Shown piece by piece: positions 11,335 to 22,529 of a stretch of DNA of 48,310 bases. The notes under the pieces are model-generated. The model did not search any database and was not told the DNA's origin. It was given only the letters and a program-made list of their open reading frames with translations. The stretch covers positions 20,482,416 to 20,530,725 of the forward strand of contig NC_068996.1 of the NCBI RefSeq assembly GCF_001194135.2, given 5' to 3'. Source of the DNA: Octopus bimaculoides (lineage: Eukaryota). Position 1 is the stretch's first letter; the number at the start of each line of letters is the position of its first letter. A program made the translations under genes and the position numbers.

Positions 11335-11720
11335 CGTCGTCATTTAACGTCCGTTCTCCATGCTGGCATGGGTTCGATGGTTTGACAGGAGCTCGCCAGA
11401 GGACTGCACCGGGCTTTACTGTCTGTTTTAGCATGGTTTTTACAGTTGGGTGCCCTTCCTAATGCCAACCATTTTACAGCTTGTCCTATGTGCATTTTAC
11501 GTGACACCAGCACCGTCAAGGTCTCATTTGACATGGTGTTTACAGTTGGATGCCCTTTCTAATGCCAACTGTCTTAAAGAGTGGACTGAGTGCTTTTTAC
11601 GTGGAACTAGCACCGGCAAGGTTGTTTTCGGCACGATTTTTATGGCAGGATACCCTTCCTAATTTCAACATTTTACAGAGCCGCCTGGGTGAATTTTACG
11701 TGACACCAGCGCCGGTGAGG
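11335..11720 (-). mobile_element. RTE-type 3' tail repeat with a triplicated ~100-bp module
   Basis: On the - strand it ends ...AACCCATGCCAGCATGGAGAACGGACGTTAAATGACGACG, the same tail as 30050-30196. The module recurs at 11431, 11531 and 11631. Confidence 0.8.
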
Positions 11721-11724
11721 TCTG

Positions 11725-12850
11725 AATAAGGAAATATAAATTAATACCTTTCACCCCCTTAAAAATTTATTATTGAGCTAGACTAATAAAGATAAAGAAC
11801 TATTGGACAAAATTTAATTTTAAGATATCAGATATGTAGCGTTCGTTTGGTGAGATCCCGGATGTAAATATGTTAAGTTGCTCAAGTACGGAGATATGGT
11901 ATTTAACATAAATAAATGCAAAAATAGGAATTAAAGGGAATAAAAAATATGCTAATAAAAGTGATAATAAGCGCTTAAATATGGGTCAATTCAACTAGTT
12001 AAATGAAATTTATTTATAAAAATATTTAAATAGTTAAATATATAAGTAGTTAAATATAATGCCCTCAAAACCGGAAGTAGGTATTCATATAGAGGTGAGT
12101 GTCTAAAGAAAATCTAATTTATGGACATAGCATAGCGAAAACAGGTAGAATTAAATAAGTGTTATTTACAGGGAGTTAGGAAATAGCAACAGGTTTGGTT
12201 CATATAGTACTATTAATTTAATTTAGAGGAGAAGAGCTTGCGAAAAACTAGGAATAATCTACATTAGGTACATACACAAAATACGATCCTTTGAATGTAA
12301 ACATTCATGTAAATAGATGGAAAAATTCAAAAATCATTATACACATGAAATAGCCATACGTTTAAAGGGAGAGAGGGGGATATAGGAGAGTTATAAAAGC
12401 TATTATTTTGATTGCGAAGGGATAAGTAAAATTACACTGCAATTATATTCTGTATATATAAGTGGAGAAAGGACTAAATATGAAAATCAATAGAAAACAA
12501 ACAGTCGACGGGAGGTAATTAATAAATATAAATAATTAAGCAAAGCAAATAAGTAAATTGGGCTAAATAGAAAATGTGCATGTTATATATTCTTAGAGAA
12601 GTGTATAAAGTATGAAGTAAAAAAAATACTATGTTAAATAATAAGTTAAGTGGATTTATAACTAAAGTAGTAAAACATTCTACCAATAATGGGAAGAAAA
12701 AAATAAAATATTTAATTAATAAAATGCTGCAAGAGAGGGAATAATGTTTAAATCAATGGTAGGCAGGTATAAGAAAAACTGTAATTATAGTTTGTTTATA
12801 TATATATATTATTTTTCTAATATATAATTCTTGTATATCATCTCCAAACC

Positions 12851-12888
<38 letters not shown>

Positions 12889-13560
12889 TGAAGATAGGAC
12901 CAAATATAGATTAAATTGTAAAGCCAATTAATCAGAAAATAATGAAAAGTTTAGCTGTAAAAATTTAGTTATTAATAGACAAATGTGCATTGTAATTAAT
13001 AAATATAATAGTGGAACAATAAAGTTAAAGCCTTATGAGATAAGTGCAAGATATACTGTAAACATAGTATGTGTACAAAATAAATATGGGTTTATAATGA
13101 TATATGGTTATTAAATTAATAAGCCAAGCAATATGAATAAGGGAGGGTAAAATACAAATACTTATATAACTAAATGTATATACATGGTAAGTAATAAATA
13201 GGATATAATGGGGGAGTCATAAATGGTTAAAGAGAGTAAAGTGAGAGAGAAATGGGTTAATCAGCTATTAAACTATTTAAAAATTTAAATATGCATGTAA
13301 GTATAAGGAATAAGAAAAAGAATACTTGAATTACTAAAAAATACTATGTCCGTGTATTAAAATTAAAATTGAAATATGGGCATGTATATAGGAGAGACAT
13401 TGCTTTCATCTCCAAACAAGTTAAAATATAAATGCTGATATAGATGAGTCTATATAGATGTATATAATATATATATATATANNNNNNNNNNGGAAATGGG
13501 TAAGTTGTTATATAATTTAAACATGCATGCTAGTAGCAGGAATGATAATAGCTATATAAT
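11725..13560 (-). other. Very AT-rich tract downstream of the PLE ORF; possible long 3'UTR or pLTR
   Basis: Contiguous with the GIY-YIG stop codon, no ORF, short degenerate internal repeats and (TA)n runs. The assignment rests on position only. Confidence 0.35.
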
Positions 13561-14646
13561 ATTTTATCCATATTTAGAAAATACAAATTTAGTTTTATGA
13601 ATGCAAGAGCCATTGTGCTCATCCTTGATGTTAAGAATAGGACATTTTGCAGAGAAAATAAAATTTTTTTCATTTAAGCATAAATAACATTTTTTCATAT
13701 TAATTTGGTAGTAAGGTGCCGAAGCAAGTATTTCCCATTTCAGATCGTACTGTATATTCCTATCCTTTAACTCCCAAATAAATTTACTTAGTACTGTAGA
13801 ATTAGATTTATGTTTATTCCTGAAAGTACAGAGATGTGTGCCAATTCGTTTTATGATTTCATTTTTGGTAGAACCTACATAAGAATTTTTCACTCCCTGT
13901 GCCGTTACCGTACATTGGTATATTACGCTTTTACGAATACATGCATTCTTAAATAAGCAATTACTTTTAATCCTACAATCACAACTTTTATATATATTAT
14001 CAATATTAGGAATGTTAGGTGGATGGACCCTATAGTAAGTACTGGTGTTGTTCAGCAGGAGTGTTATTATTGTTATTATGGTTGATTCCAGAGGGGTTTA
14101 AAGTATTACTATTACTATTATTCCTGTTAGAATTACTTCTATTCAAGTAGAATATGTCTAATTTCCTATTATTTATAGAAGATATAATAGTTGCAAGGTT
14201 ATGGGTTAAACAATATTAATAGGTTTTTTTTATTGATAATTTCATGATATCTACTGCTATTATTAGAATGCTTATTAATAATTGAAAAAAATTGATTTTA
14301 TCAAGTTACTTTTAATTTGCATTACAAAAGGCAAAATCAACCATATTTTGTAATCAGATAATTCATTATTTCCATTAAAAGTCGGGTTACTATTACCTAC
14401 TACATATTTATTAGGTGCATATTTATATTTATTTTTATTATTTTTATTTTCGCCTTTACTCTTGCTATTATTATTGTAATATATATTATAATTATAATTT
14501 TTTTTATATTTTTATCAAGAATTTCATTTTTATTCTTAGTCTTATTTATATTTTTATATAAGATTTTCTTATAGTTAACATTAATTCCTATAGGTTTGGT
14601 ATTAGTATTGATGTCATTATGTACATTTGTTTTTATGCGGTTATGA

Positions 14647-14699
<53 letters not shown>

Positions 14700-15400
14700 G
14701 AAACAATAAGAGTTCGACTGAACAATATTTTGACACTTTGTGTGTCTTCCACAAGTTCAAAATAATCATCCCAATCTACTTCAATTTGGAAATATATAAG
14801 TAAAGAAATCATAAGAAGTAGATTGAGACGATTATTTTGAACTTGTGGAAGACACACAAAGTGTCAAAATATTGTTCATTCGATAATAGTCGCACTCTTA
14901 ATGTTTCTTTACTTTCTGGAGGAGTAACATCAATCCTTAAATATTATCATTATTATTATTATTACTACTACTACTACTACTACAGTTGTTACTCTTATTA
15001 CAATCCATAATATCTATATGTGGAATATATTTTATTCTATCATTATAACCAGCATTTGCTAAGGCTATATCGTATTGGTCTTTATGCTTATTAGATATTT
15101 TTTTAATTAGAAGATAGGTAAGAAATTCTTCTGCTAATATTTTTAATTAGAGTATTTTTAATTGAGTCTGGATGATTACTTTGGGAATGTATGTACTTAA
15201 TATTTGAATTAGATTTTTTTTAATGGTTTACGAAGGCCTGTTATTAAATTAGCGTTAGTATCTAAGAAATTAATAGAGTTATATTCTCTCTCTATAGTGA
15301 TAGTAAGGTCAAATCTCTTTAAAAATTTATACAGACTTTTCCTAACAAGTTCCATACATCTATAAACACCTTCCATGCTGCAATTGCTTTCGTTCCATCA
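13561..15400 (-). mobile_element. Penelope-like element ORF remnant (RT C-terminus, thumb, CCCC linker, GIY-YIG endonuclease)
   Basis: The - strand reads LTITIE...INFLDT...KYIHSQSNHPDSIK...ISRRISYLSSN..YDIALANAGY; IW..LPF...KSNL; INKH..SRYHEIINK; CDCRIKSNCLFKNACIRKSVIYQC..YVGST..KRI..H..F....TVLSKFIWELK...KWEIL...KCYLCLNEK...LN...CIH* (stop ~13564). Confidence 0.9.
14698..14908. repeat. Long inverted repeat (63-bp core arms, 34-nt loop) next to (TTA)n at 14648-14698
   Basis: 14719-14781 matches the reverse complement of 14816-14878 at 61/63. Looser outer arms: AGAAACAATAAGAGTTCGACT / AGTCGCACTCTTAATGTTTCT. Confidence 0.95.
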
Positions 15401-17800
15401 CAGGATCTCAGATCAGGTCACTTGCTATGCAAGTATATTTCCGTAAAACTAAGGCAATACACTCCTTTCTCAGTCCTTGAACCCAACTCAAACGAAGCTT
15501 ACAGAAAGCTGAAAAGAAAAGTGCAGAGTGCTCTAAGAAAAATTCAACAGGAATGGTGGAATGATAGAGCAAAAGGGGCACAAGAAGCAGCTGATAGAAG
15601 TGATGCCAAAGGTTTATATTCTTATGTTAAGTAGGTATATGGCCCAAAATTTTCTTCAATAGCTCCGGTTAGAACAGCAAATGGACGTTTGCATCTGACT
15701 GACACTGCTATTCATAAGCGCTGGGTAGAACATTTTTCTGCACTTTTGAATAGACCATCATCCGTTGACATGAGGACGATAGAAAAAAATCGAGCACCTT
15801 CCAGTTATAGAAGAGATAGCATTTGAACCAATTCTAAATGACATTTATTTAGCTGTGAATAAGCTGAATAACAATAAGTCTCCAGGGTCTGATGGAATCT
15901 GTGCAGAAGTCTTGAAATATGGGGGCAACTAAATGTTTGAATTCTTAAATATATTAATTTGTCACTATTTGAGAACTTAGAAAGTGCCTCAAGACTGGAT
16001 TGATGCCATTTTAGTCTCCTTGTATAAATCGTGGTCAAAGGATCTGTGTGGTAATTTTCGTGGGATTTCGCTTTTGTCTGTGGTTGGAAAGGTTCTTGCC
16101 CACATTTTGTCAGAACGTTTAAATACCTTCATAATTCCAAATATAGTGTCTGAGAGTCTCAGTGTGGTTTTCATTCCTCCAGGGACACAGCTGATTGTAT
16201 CTTTACTATCAGACAATTGCAAGAAAAGTGCATTGAATAGAATTTTGCTCTATACCATTGCTTTGTTGATTTGAGCTAATCATTCGATACTATTAATCGA
16301 AATACTCTGTGGATAACTCTAAAGAAAATAGGTTACTCAGAAAAATTTGTAAACATGATCAGGGCTTTGCATCAAGATATGAAAGCTAGAGTTAACTTTG
16401 GTGGTAGGCTCTCTGAGTCTTTTGCTGTGGAAAATGGAGTAAAGCAAGGAGACCTTGATGCACCCACCCTTTTTGCAATATACTTTGCTGTTGCGTTGTC
16501 ATATGCTTTTCAACATAAAATATCGAACAACAGGAAATGTCTTTAATCTAACCAGACNNNNNNNNNNNNNNNNNNNNNNNNNNNNNNNNNNNNNNNNNNN
16601 NNNNNNNNNNNNNNNNNNNNNNNNNNNNNNNNNNNNNNNNNNNNNNNNNNNNNNNNNNNNNNNNNNNNNNNNNNNNNNNNNNNNNNNNNNNNNNNNNNNN
16701 NNNNNNNNNNNNNNNNNNNNNNNNNNNNNNNNNNNNNNNNNNNNNNNNNNNNNNNNNNNNNNNNNNNNNNNNNNNNNNNNNNNNNNNNNNNNNNNNNNNN
16801 NNNNNNNNNNNNNNNNNNNNNNNNNNNNNNNNNNGATACAGAAATACAGCTGCGAATTCAAAGGGTAGCAAAAGCATTTGGTGGCTTGGAGTCAAGTGTT
16901 TAGTGCCAGCAACATTTAAATAAGAATACAAAGCTGGCGCTTTTCAAATCATTTGTCTTACCATCCCTATTGTATTCTTTTGAAACATGGACTTGTTATG
17001 AAAGCCATTTTAAATTGTTAGAACAATTCCACCAAAAATGCCTTCATCGCATTTTAAACATTAAATGGAGTTCTTTTACTCCAAACACAGATGTCCTAGC
17101 ATCTGCAGGCATCACCTCAATTAAAGCTATGATTTTGAGAAACCAAATGAGATGGTGTGGCCATATTGTTTGAATGGCAGATGAACGCATGCCGAAACAG
17201 CTGTTTTATGGTGAGACAGCAGAGGGGAAACGCTATCGACGTAAACCTAAAAAAAAGGTTTAAGGACTACTATGAAGTCACTTGGAATGGATCCAGAAGA
17301 CACAGAAACCCTTGCTTCAGATCATGTAGGATGGCGAACAAAAGTGTGGAAGCGTGGAAGCATTTGAAGAAGCCAAGATAACTCATATAAGGCTCAAAAG
17401 AGATCTAAGGAAAAATGTTATGATCGAGAAGGTGAATGACAATGACCTTTGTGTGTGCAGTTTGTGACAGACCATGCCTGTCTTTTGCTGGCCTCAAATC
17501 TCATTTGCGAACCCATGGAAATCGAACCTCCACCAACTATTTTTGCCTATATATCTGTGCACACCTTTGAATGTAGTGTATGCCAGAAGGTTTGCAAATC
17601 TAACGGAGGTCTCAAAAGACATTTTAAGATCCACAAAGATCAGAATTTATCTGCAGCTCTTGGTAGTTCAAATCGAATGTGCTATCTATGTGGGTGTCTT
17701 TACAGAACATTGTCTGGTTTTAATAGCCACATCAGATGCCATGATGGTGCTAAGGTGTAGGTACAGGAGGTGGTCAAACTCTGCATGAGGTGTAGACAAC
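15400..17800 (+). mobile_element. RTE-clade LINE, 5'-truncated and decayed, with C-terminal C2H2 fingers
   Basis: WWNDRA...AAD..D.KGLY..VK*VYGP; RWVEHFSALLNRPS; KSPGSDGI.AEVLKYGG; PQDWIDA.LV.LYK...CGNFRGISLLSVVGKVLA; GVKQGD..APTLF; LLY.FETWT...LEQFHQKCL..IL.I.W; RWCGHIV*M.DERMPKQLFYGE. Confidence 0.92.
17454..17760 (+). pseudogene. Three C2H2 zinc fingers ending the RTE ORF (one frameshift)
   Basis: CAVC-x12-HLRTH (17454-17516), then in the next frame CSVC-x12-HFKIH and CYLC-x12-HIRCH. TAG at 17758-17760. Confidence 0.85.
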
Positions 17801-17819
17801 CACCATATTTTTGTATATA

Positions 17820-17928
17820 TAGGCACATATGTGGTGGTATGAGAAGAAGCTTGGGTCCTTCCCACTGTGTGGCACCTTGGGCTAGTGTCTTCTACTGTAG
17901 CCTTGGGCCGACCAAAGCCTAGTGAGTG
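17820..17928 (+). mobile_element. SINE family A, 5' part (CORE-like), runs into a gap
   Basis: GGCACCTTGGGCTAGTGTCTTCTACTGTAGCC...CCAAAGCC, shared with the copies at 22.5, 23.5, 28.3, 38.4 and 40.0 kb. Confidence 0.75.
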
Positions 17929-18607
17929 NNNNNNNNNNNNNNNNNNNNNNNNNNNNNNNNNNNNNNNNNNNNNNNNNNNNNNNNNNNNNNNNNNNNNNNN
18001 NNNNNNNNNNNNNNNNNNNNNNNNNNNNNNNNNNNNNNNNNNNNNNNNNNNNNNNNNNNNNNNNNNNNNNNNNNNNNNNNNNNNNNNNNNNNNNNNNNNN
18101 NNNNNNNNNNNNNNNNNNNNNNNNNNNNNNNNNNNNNNNNNNNNNNNNNNNNNNNNNNNNNNNNNNNNNNNNNNNNNNNNNNNNNNNNNNNNNNNNNNNN
18201 NNNNNNNNNNNNNNNNNNNNNNNNNNNNNNNNNNNNNNNNNNNNNNNNNNNNNNNNNNNNNNNNNNNNNNNNNNNNNNNNNNNNNNNNNNNNNNNNNNNN
18301 NNNNNNNNNNNNNNNNNNNNNNNNNNNNNNNNNNNNNNNNNNNNNNNNNNNNNNNNNNNNNNNNNNNNNNNNNNNNNNNNNNNNNNNNNNNNNNNNNNNN
18401 NNNNNNNNNNNNNNNNNNNNNNNNNNNNNNNNNNNNNNNNNNNNNNNNNNNNNNNNNNNNNNNNNNNNNNNNNNNNNNNNNNNNNNNNNNNNNNNNNNNN
18501 NNNNNNNNNNNNNNNNNNNNNNNNNNNNNNNNNNNNNNNNNNNNNNNNNNNNNNNNNNNNNNNNNNNNNNNNNNNNNNNNNNNNNNNNNNNNNNNNNNNN
18601 NNNNNNN

Positions 18608-18891
18608 ACAGACACATGTACCCTTAACATAGTTCTCGGGGATATTCAGCGTGACACAGTGTGACAAGGCTGGCCCTTTGAATTACAGGCACAACAGAAA
18701 CAGGAAGTAAGAGTGAGAGAAAGTTGTGGTTAAAGGGTACAGCAGGGTTCGCCACCATCGCCTGCCGGAGCCTCGTGGAGCTTTCAGTGTTTTTGCTCAA
18801 TAAACACTCACAACGCCCGGTCTGGGAATCGAAACCGCAATCCTATGACCACGAGTCCATTGCCCTAACCACTGGGCCATTGCGCCTCCAC
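18608..18891 (-). mobile_element. tRNA-derived SINE family B
   Basis: The - strand head GTGGAGGCGCAATGGCCCAGTGGTTAGG (A-box) ... GGTTTCGATTCCCAG (B-box). The body is nearly identical to 24999-25369 and 27231-27672. Confidence 0.9.
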
Positions 18892-19199
18892 TAAATTTGG
18901 TTTATTCATGTAATTTTTCACGCTAAATCTGATTTTGTTATTCATTTATTCCAGAAAAGTTTGAGGAAAATGTTACAGAGGTTTACAATTTGATAATTTT
19001 TATCCAATCAGGAAAGAGGGTTTGAAAACTGGGATAAGTTTTAATGAATAAAGTCATGTGAAATGTTGGGACAGGCATGGGGTCTATTCTGTTTCACTCA
19101 CAGTTTTCAGTTCATTTATTTATTTTTTTCGAGTTTGATGTATTGATTTAGTTTTTTATGCTAAACATTTTCGGAAAAAAATTTTCATTCAGTATACTT

Positions 19200-19800
19200 C
19201 CTTTTTATACTGGAATCTCTTCTGTTCCGCTCAAATATTTTGAAAATGTAACTGGATGTTTGATATTTATCACTCTCAGTACATGTTTTGGGGACACGGC
19301 AAGCCAACAGTTGTTCTGTGTATTCACCATCTGATCTTGGCAGAAATTTTTATTGTCTGAAAAGAACCAAAGCATGTTCAGTTGGAGGGGATGCTTGAGT
19401 TTGTTCAAAAGCTTCGTAGCGTGGACTTTCCTCTTGTCCTTGATGAATTGAGATATAAATTGCCCTATCTCATCTTGTATGAAGAATACCGAATGTCTTC
19501 ATGCATTACCTGCCTGATAAGAAGCTCTGACACTCCCATGTCCCTGGCGATGGACCTGATTGACTTGGAGGGATTGTTGTCAATCATGGCCTGGCTCTCA
19601 CAAACAAATTGAGGAGTTCTTTTCTTATCAGAATGATCTGAGTGAGTTTTCCAAGCTACCATATCTTTGTAATCACCATTAGACACATCCAACTCGTTCC
19701 GAATCCTCTGCACTCTCCTCAGATTGACATCCAAACACTCTGAAATGCTCATATTGGAGCTTCTGGTGCAAATGCCAAGCAGTACAGCATGTTGTTTCCA
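19200..19800 (-). mobile_element. Tc1/mariner transposase remnant
   Basis: SISECLDVNLRRVQRIR and NPSKSIRSIARDMGVSE..IRQVMHED (two HTH-like units), then WFFSD(N)KNF.QDQ..N.QN..W....KHP (first catalytic Asp). Truncated before the other catalytic residues; no TIRs seen. Confidence 0.8.
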
Positions 19801-19811
19801 ANNNNNNNNNN

Positions 19812-20030
19812 TATATATATATATATATATATATACACAGACAGACAGACAGACAGATGTATGTGTGTTTCTGTGTTTGTTTGTCCCCTGCCACTGCTTT
19901 TGGTGTGTTTATGTCCCCGTGACTTAGCAGTTCGACAAAAAGTAATGATAAATGAACAGCAGGTTTAAAAGAAAACAAGGTGATGCCCTATTGCTGCAAT
20001 CTAGTGACTGAAACAAGAGTGAGGAAACAA
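19812..20030 (+). mobile_element. SINE family A, 3' part, degenerate
   Basis: TTTGTCCCC...GTGTTTATGTCCCCGTGACTTAGCAGTTCGACAAAA...TGACTGAAACAAG, following (TA)n and (CAGA)n. Confidence 0.75.
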
Positions 20031-20319
20031 AAGAAAGAAGATATGATATTACTTGTAAAGGGTATTAACTCTTTTCACAGCTCTTAAACAATGTTTGTAA
20101 CATAATTTAGTGAAACCGAAAATTGAAATCAAACACACAACCTGCGAATAGAAAGTAATGGCACAATGTTCCTTACCTCTAACACATATAAAATGTCTAT
20201 ATGGTAAGGTAAGTCAATGGATTATTATTTCTGTCTATTTGGCAGATGTATTCTGTTTGGTTCACAGTTTTGAAATATTAAAATTGAGTGAGATTTTTTC
20301 AAATTTGGTTTGTTGTTTG

Positions 20320-20358
20320 TTGGCACTCCGTCGCTTACGACGTCGAGGGTTCCAGTTG
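20320..20358 (-). mobile_element. SINE family B tail, runs into a gap
   Basis: TTGTTGGCACTCCGTCGCTTACGACGTCGAGGGTTCCAGTTG matches 25000-25042. Confidence 0.8.
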
Positions 20359-20729
20359 NNNNNNNNNNNNNNNNNNNNNNNNNNNNNNNNNNNNNNNNNN
20401 NNNNNNNNNNNNNNNNNNNNNNNNNNNNNNNNNNNNNNNNNNNNNNNNNNNNNNNNNNCACCTGTTGGTGGACAGTGAACATTCGATTGTCAATTGTTTC
20501 TTATTCTTTTGCTTTTTACTGTAAAAAGTCGCTTCACAAGCGTCATATCACTAGAAAAAAACATTATCAATGTATGCTCTTTCTTGATAAGTTGAGAAAT
20601 ATGTTAGGGTTGGGTATCGAAATATTTTCTTTAATTTTGTTATTTGTCAAGAAAACAATTTCCGTATCGAATTCCTTTTTTGAAGTCAGTTTTTGATAAG
20701 AATATTTTCACAGTAATAAATAAATGAAT

Positions 20730-21350
20730 AAAACAGAATAGTCGACGTGACATTTAGTATTAAGTTTAAAGAAAGGAAGGAAAAAGAAAGCAAAAATTAA
20801 AAATAATTTTGTGTCAGTTATGTTTAGGTATCCGAAAAGTAGAATCGTCCAGTTCAGCCTTCCGATGCTGTTCGGAATCCTGGCAACTGGAACCATTCAA
20901 CACAAACACAGAACCACTAGGATGATGAAGGCGTCTGATTTACCAATTCTATATTTTAACGATGTCTTCTTAGTTCAACATTAAGAGTCGGATTGATAAA
21001 AATCTGTAATTAGGATGTTGTGACGCCCATGCTTGCCCAAAGAACATTAGCGTCTCCAGTTGCAGTTTATATCAAGAGGAAATGTCTAAAATCAGATTGT
21101 GGCAGTATTAGTGTGAATAATTATAATAGATTGATGTTTTTATAATGAAAAACAATAAGCCTAGGCACGCTTTAAATGTCACGTGCACGCGTTTTATTAG
21201 TAAAACCTTCGGAAAACAATAGACAAAGTAACTTAGTATTTTACAAATGTCAGTCTTTGTTTAAGTTAGTGCTGATGAACCAAATACGTTGTGATGTTGG
21301 TGGCGGTGTAACTCATATCTCTCGATTTAGCAGAAGGCCAGTTTCATAAG
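20730..21350. promoter_or_regulatory. CpG-retaining single-copy-looking segment with E-box motifs; candidate promoter
   Basis: GTCACGTG at 21178-21185 and GACGTGAC at 20744-20751. CpG is visibly more frequent than in 23.3-24.5 kb. No transcript evidence. Confidence 0.3.
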
Positions 21351-22529
21351 GAGAGTTACCGTAATCGATTGAATGAAAAGCGGTTTACTACTGAAATTAA
21401 TTTTATCGACCCCAGAGGGATGAAAAGCCAACTTCGTCCCTCACGTGTTTTGAATGCAAAAAAGATCACATTTTAAATAGTAATGCAGTATTTAAATTAC
21501 TGTTCTCTATTTATTCAACCACCGCCAACGCTCTAGCTATTTTATACATACACTCCTTTTTTTTGATAAGAGAAATAACAACCAGTTTCAACTTTATACA
21601 GGCTAATAGAAAGGTGCCCAACTACTAATTTAAAGGTCATAGACTGAAATAAGTACAGTGTTGTTTTATCTTAGTAGAAGGACCTTTGCGGCATTATATT
21701 AGGGCCTTTACGCAGTGTTTATAAAAGAGGGGTTCAGACTTTGAATTCTGGACTCATAATTGATAGTTTAATATCATCATTACTCAACTTAAGAAAACAC
21801 TTCTATCTCGTGTGAGTTGTTTTTTTTTTGTTGCCCCCACCCATTGGGTCATCTAGGCGTAAACAAGTTAGTAATAACAGTGTAAATATTGGAATTTGCT
21901 GAGTCACCTAACACAGAGTAGTAGCTGATATAATAAAAAGTTAGAGGTGAAATCCGTGCTATTGTTTGCTGTTGTAGTATGAAGGATCACCGGATTCCCT
22001 ATTGGATCGAATTTATATTTTCTGAATTGCTTTTTATAATAATCCTTTGGCGATTTCTTTGGTCCTCAACTATCAAGATTTTAAAATATCACTATATTTT
22101 CCGCGTTTAAATCTTGTTTTCATCTTCTAAATCATATCACCAGGTTTTAGCATTTGTTTTTCTATCGTAGTATGTGTTGCCATACAAAGTATTGCTTTGG
22201 TCTTATCTTTCATCTGTAACACACCCAGAACTGCCTCACCTTCCTTTGTCTTCTTCTGTTATGGCCATGGGTCATCTTTCATCACTTTAGAGTAACAGTG
22301 AGCTAAATTAGTGACTGAAAATTTCACAGTTCATATATTATCAAACACTTAATCTCTGAATGGCCAAGTTCACTTGCCTTTAAAGAGTTCCATAGATATT
22401 GAATTCAGTTGTTAGGTAGAAACTAATAGGCTCCTTTTGGTTGAATTAACTTACACACACTAGATGATGATATCATATTGACCCTTAATCCCCACTGGAT
22501 GCACTGAAATATACCTCTGTATACTCATG

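Noticed and set aside
11030-11347. Poly-Val, poly-Asn and (YI/HT/VC)n ORFs as real proteins
   Set aside because: They are translations of microsatellites.
11820-11895. Hammerhead in the downstream region of the large PLE
   Set aside because: No CUGANGA core with a matching GAAA was found on the PLE strand.
13561-15400. Selenocysteine-recoded PLE
   Set aside because: The conserved Cys positions I could read are TGT or TGC, the stops look like random decay, and no SECIS was recognised.
17449-17760. Host C2H2 zinc-finger gene
   Set aside because: It is collinear with the RTE ORF end, frameshifted, and lacks TGEKP linkers and splice signals.
17686-18667. Long ORFs in the ORF track (also near 3.2-3.6, 16.5-16.9, 27.2-27.8, 29.2-30.0, 37.7-38.7 and 46.8-47.7 kb)
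   Set aside because: They are artefacts of N-runs translated as X.
18810-18891. tRNA genes (also 25300-25369 and 27231-27290)
   Set aside because: These are SINE heads: each is fused to the same SINE body, with no complete cloverleaf, and one copy has a TSD.
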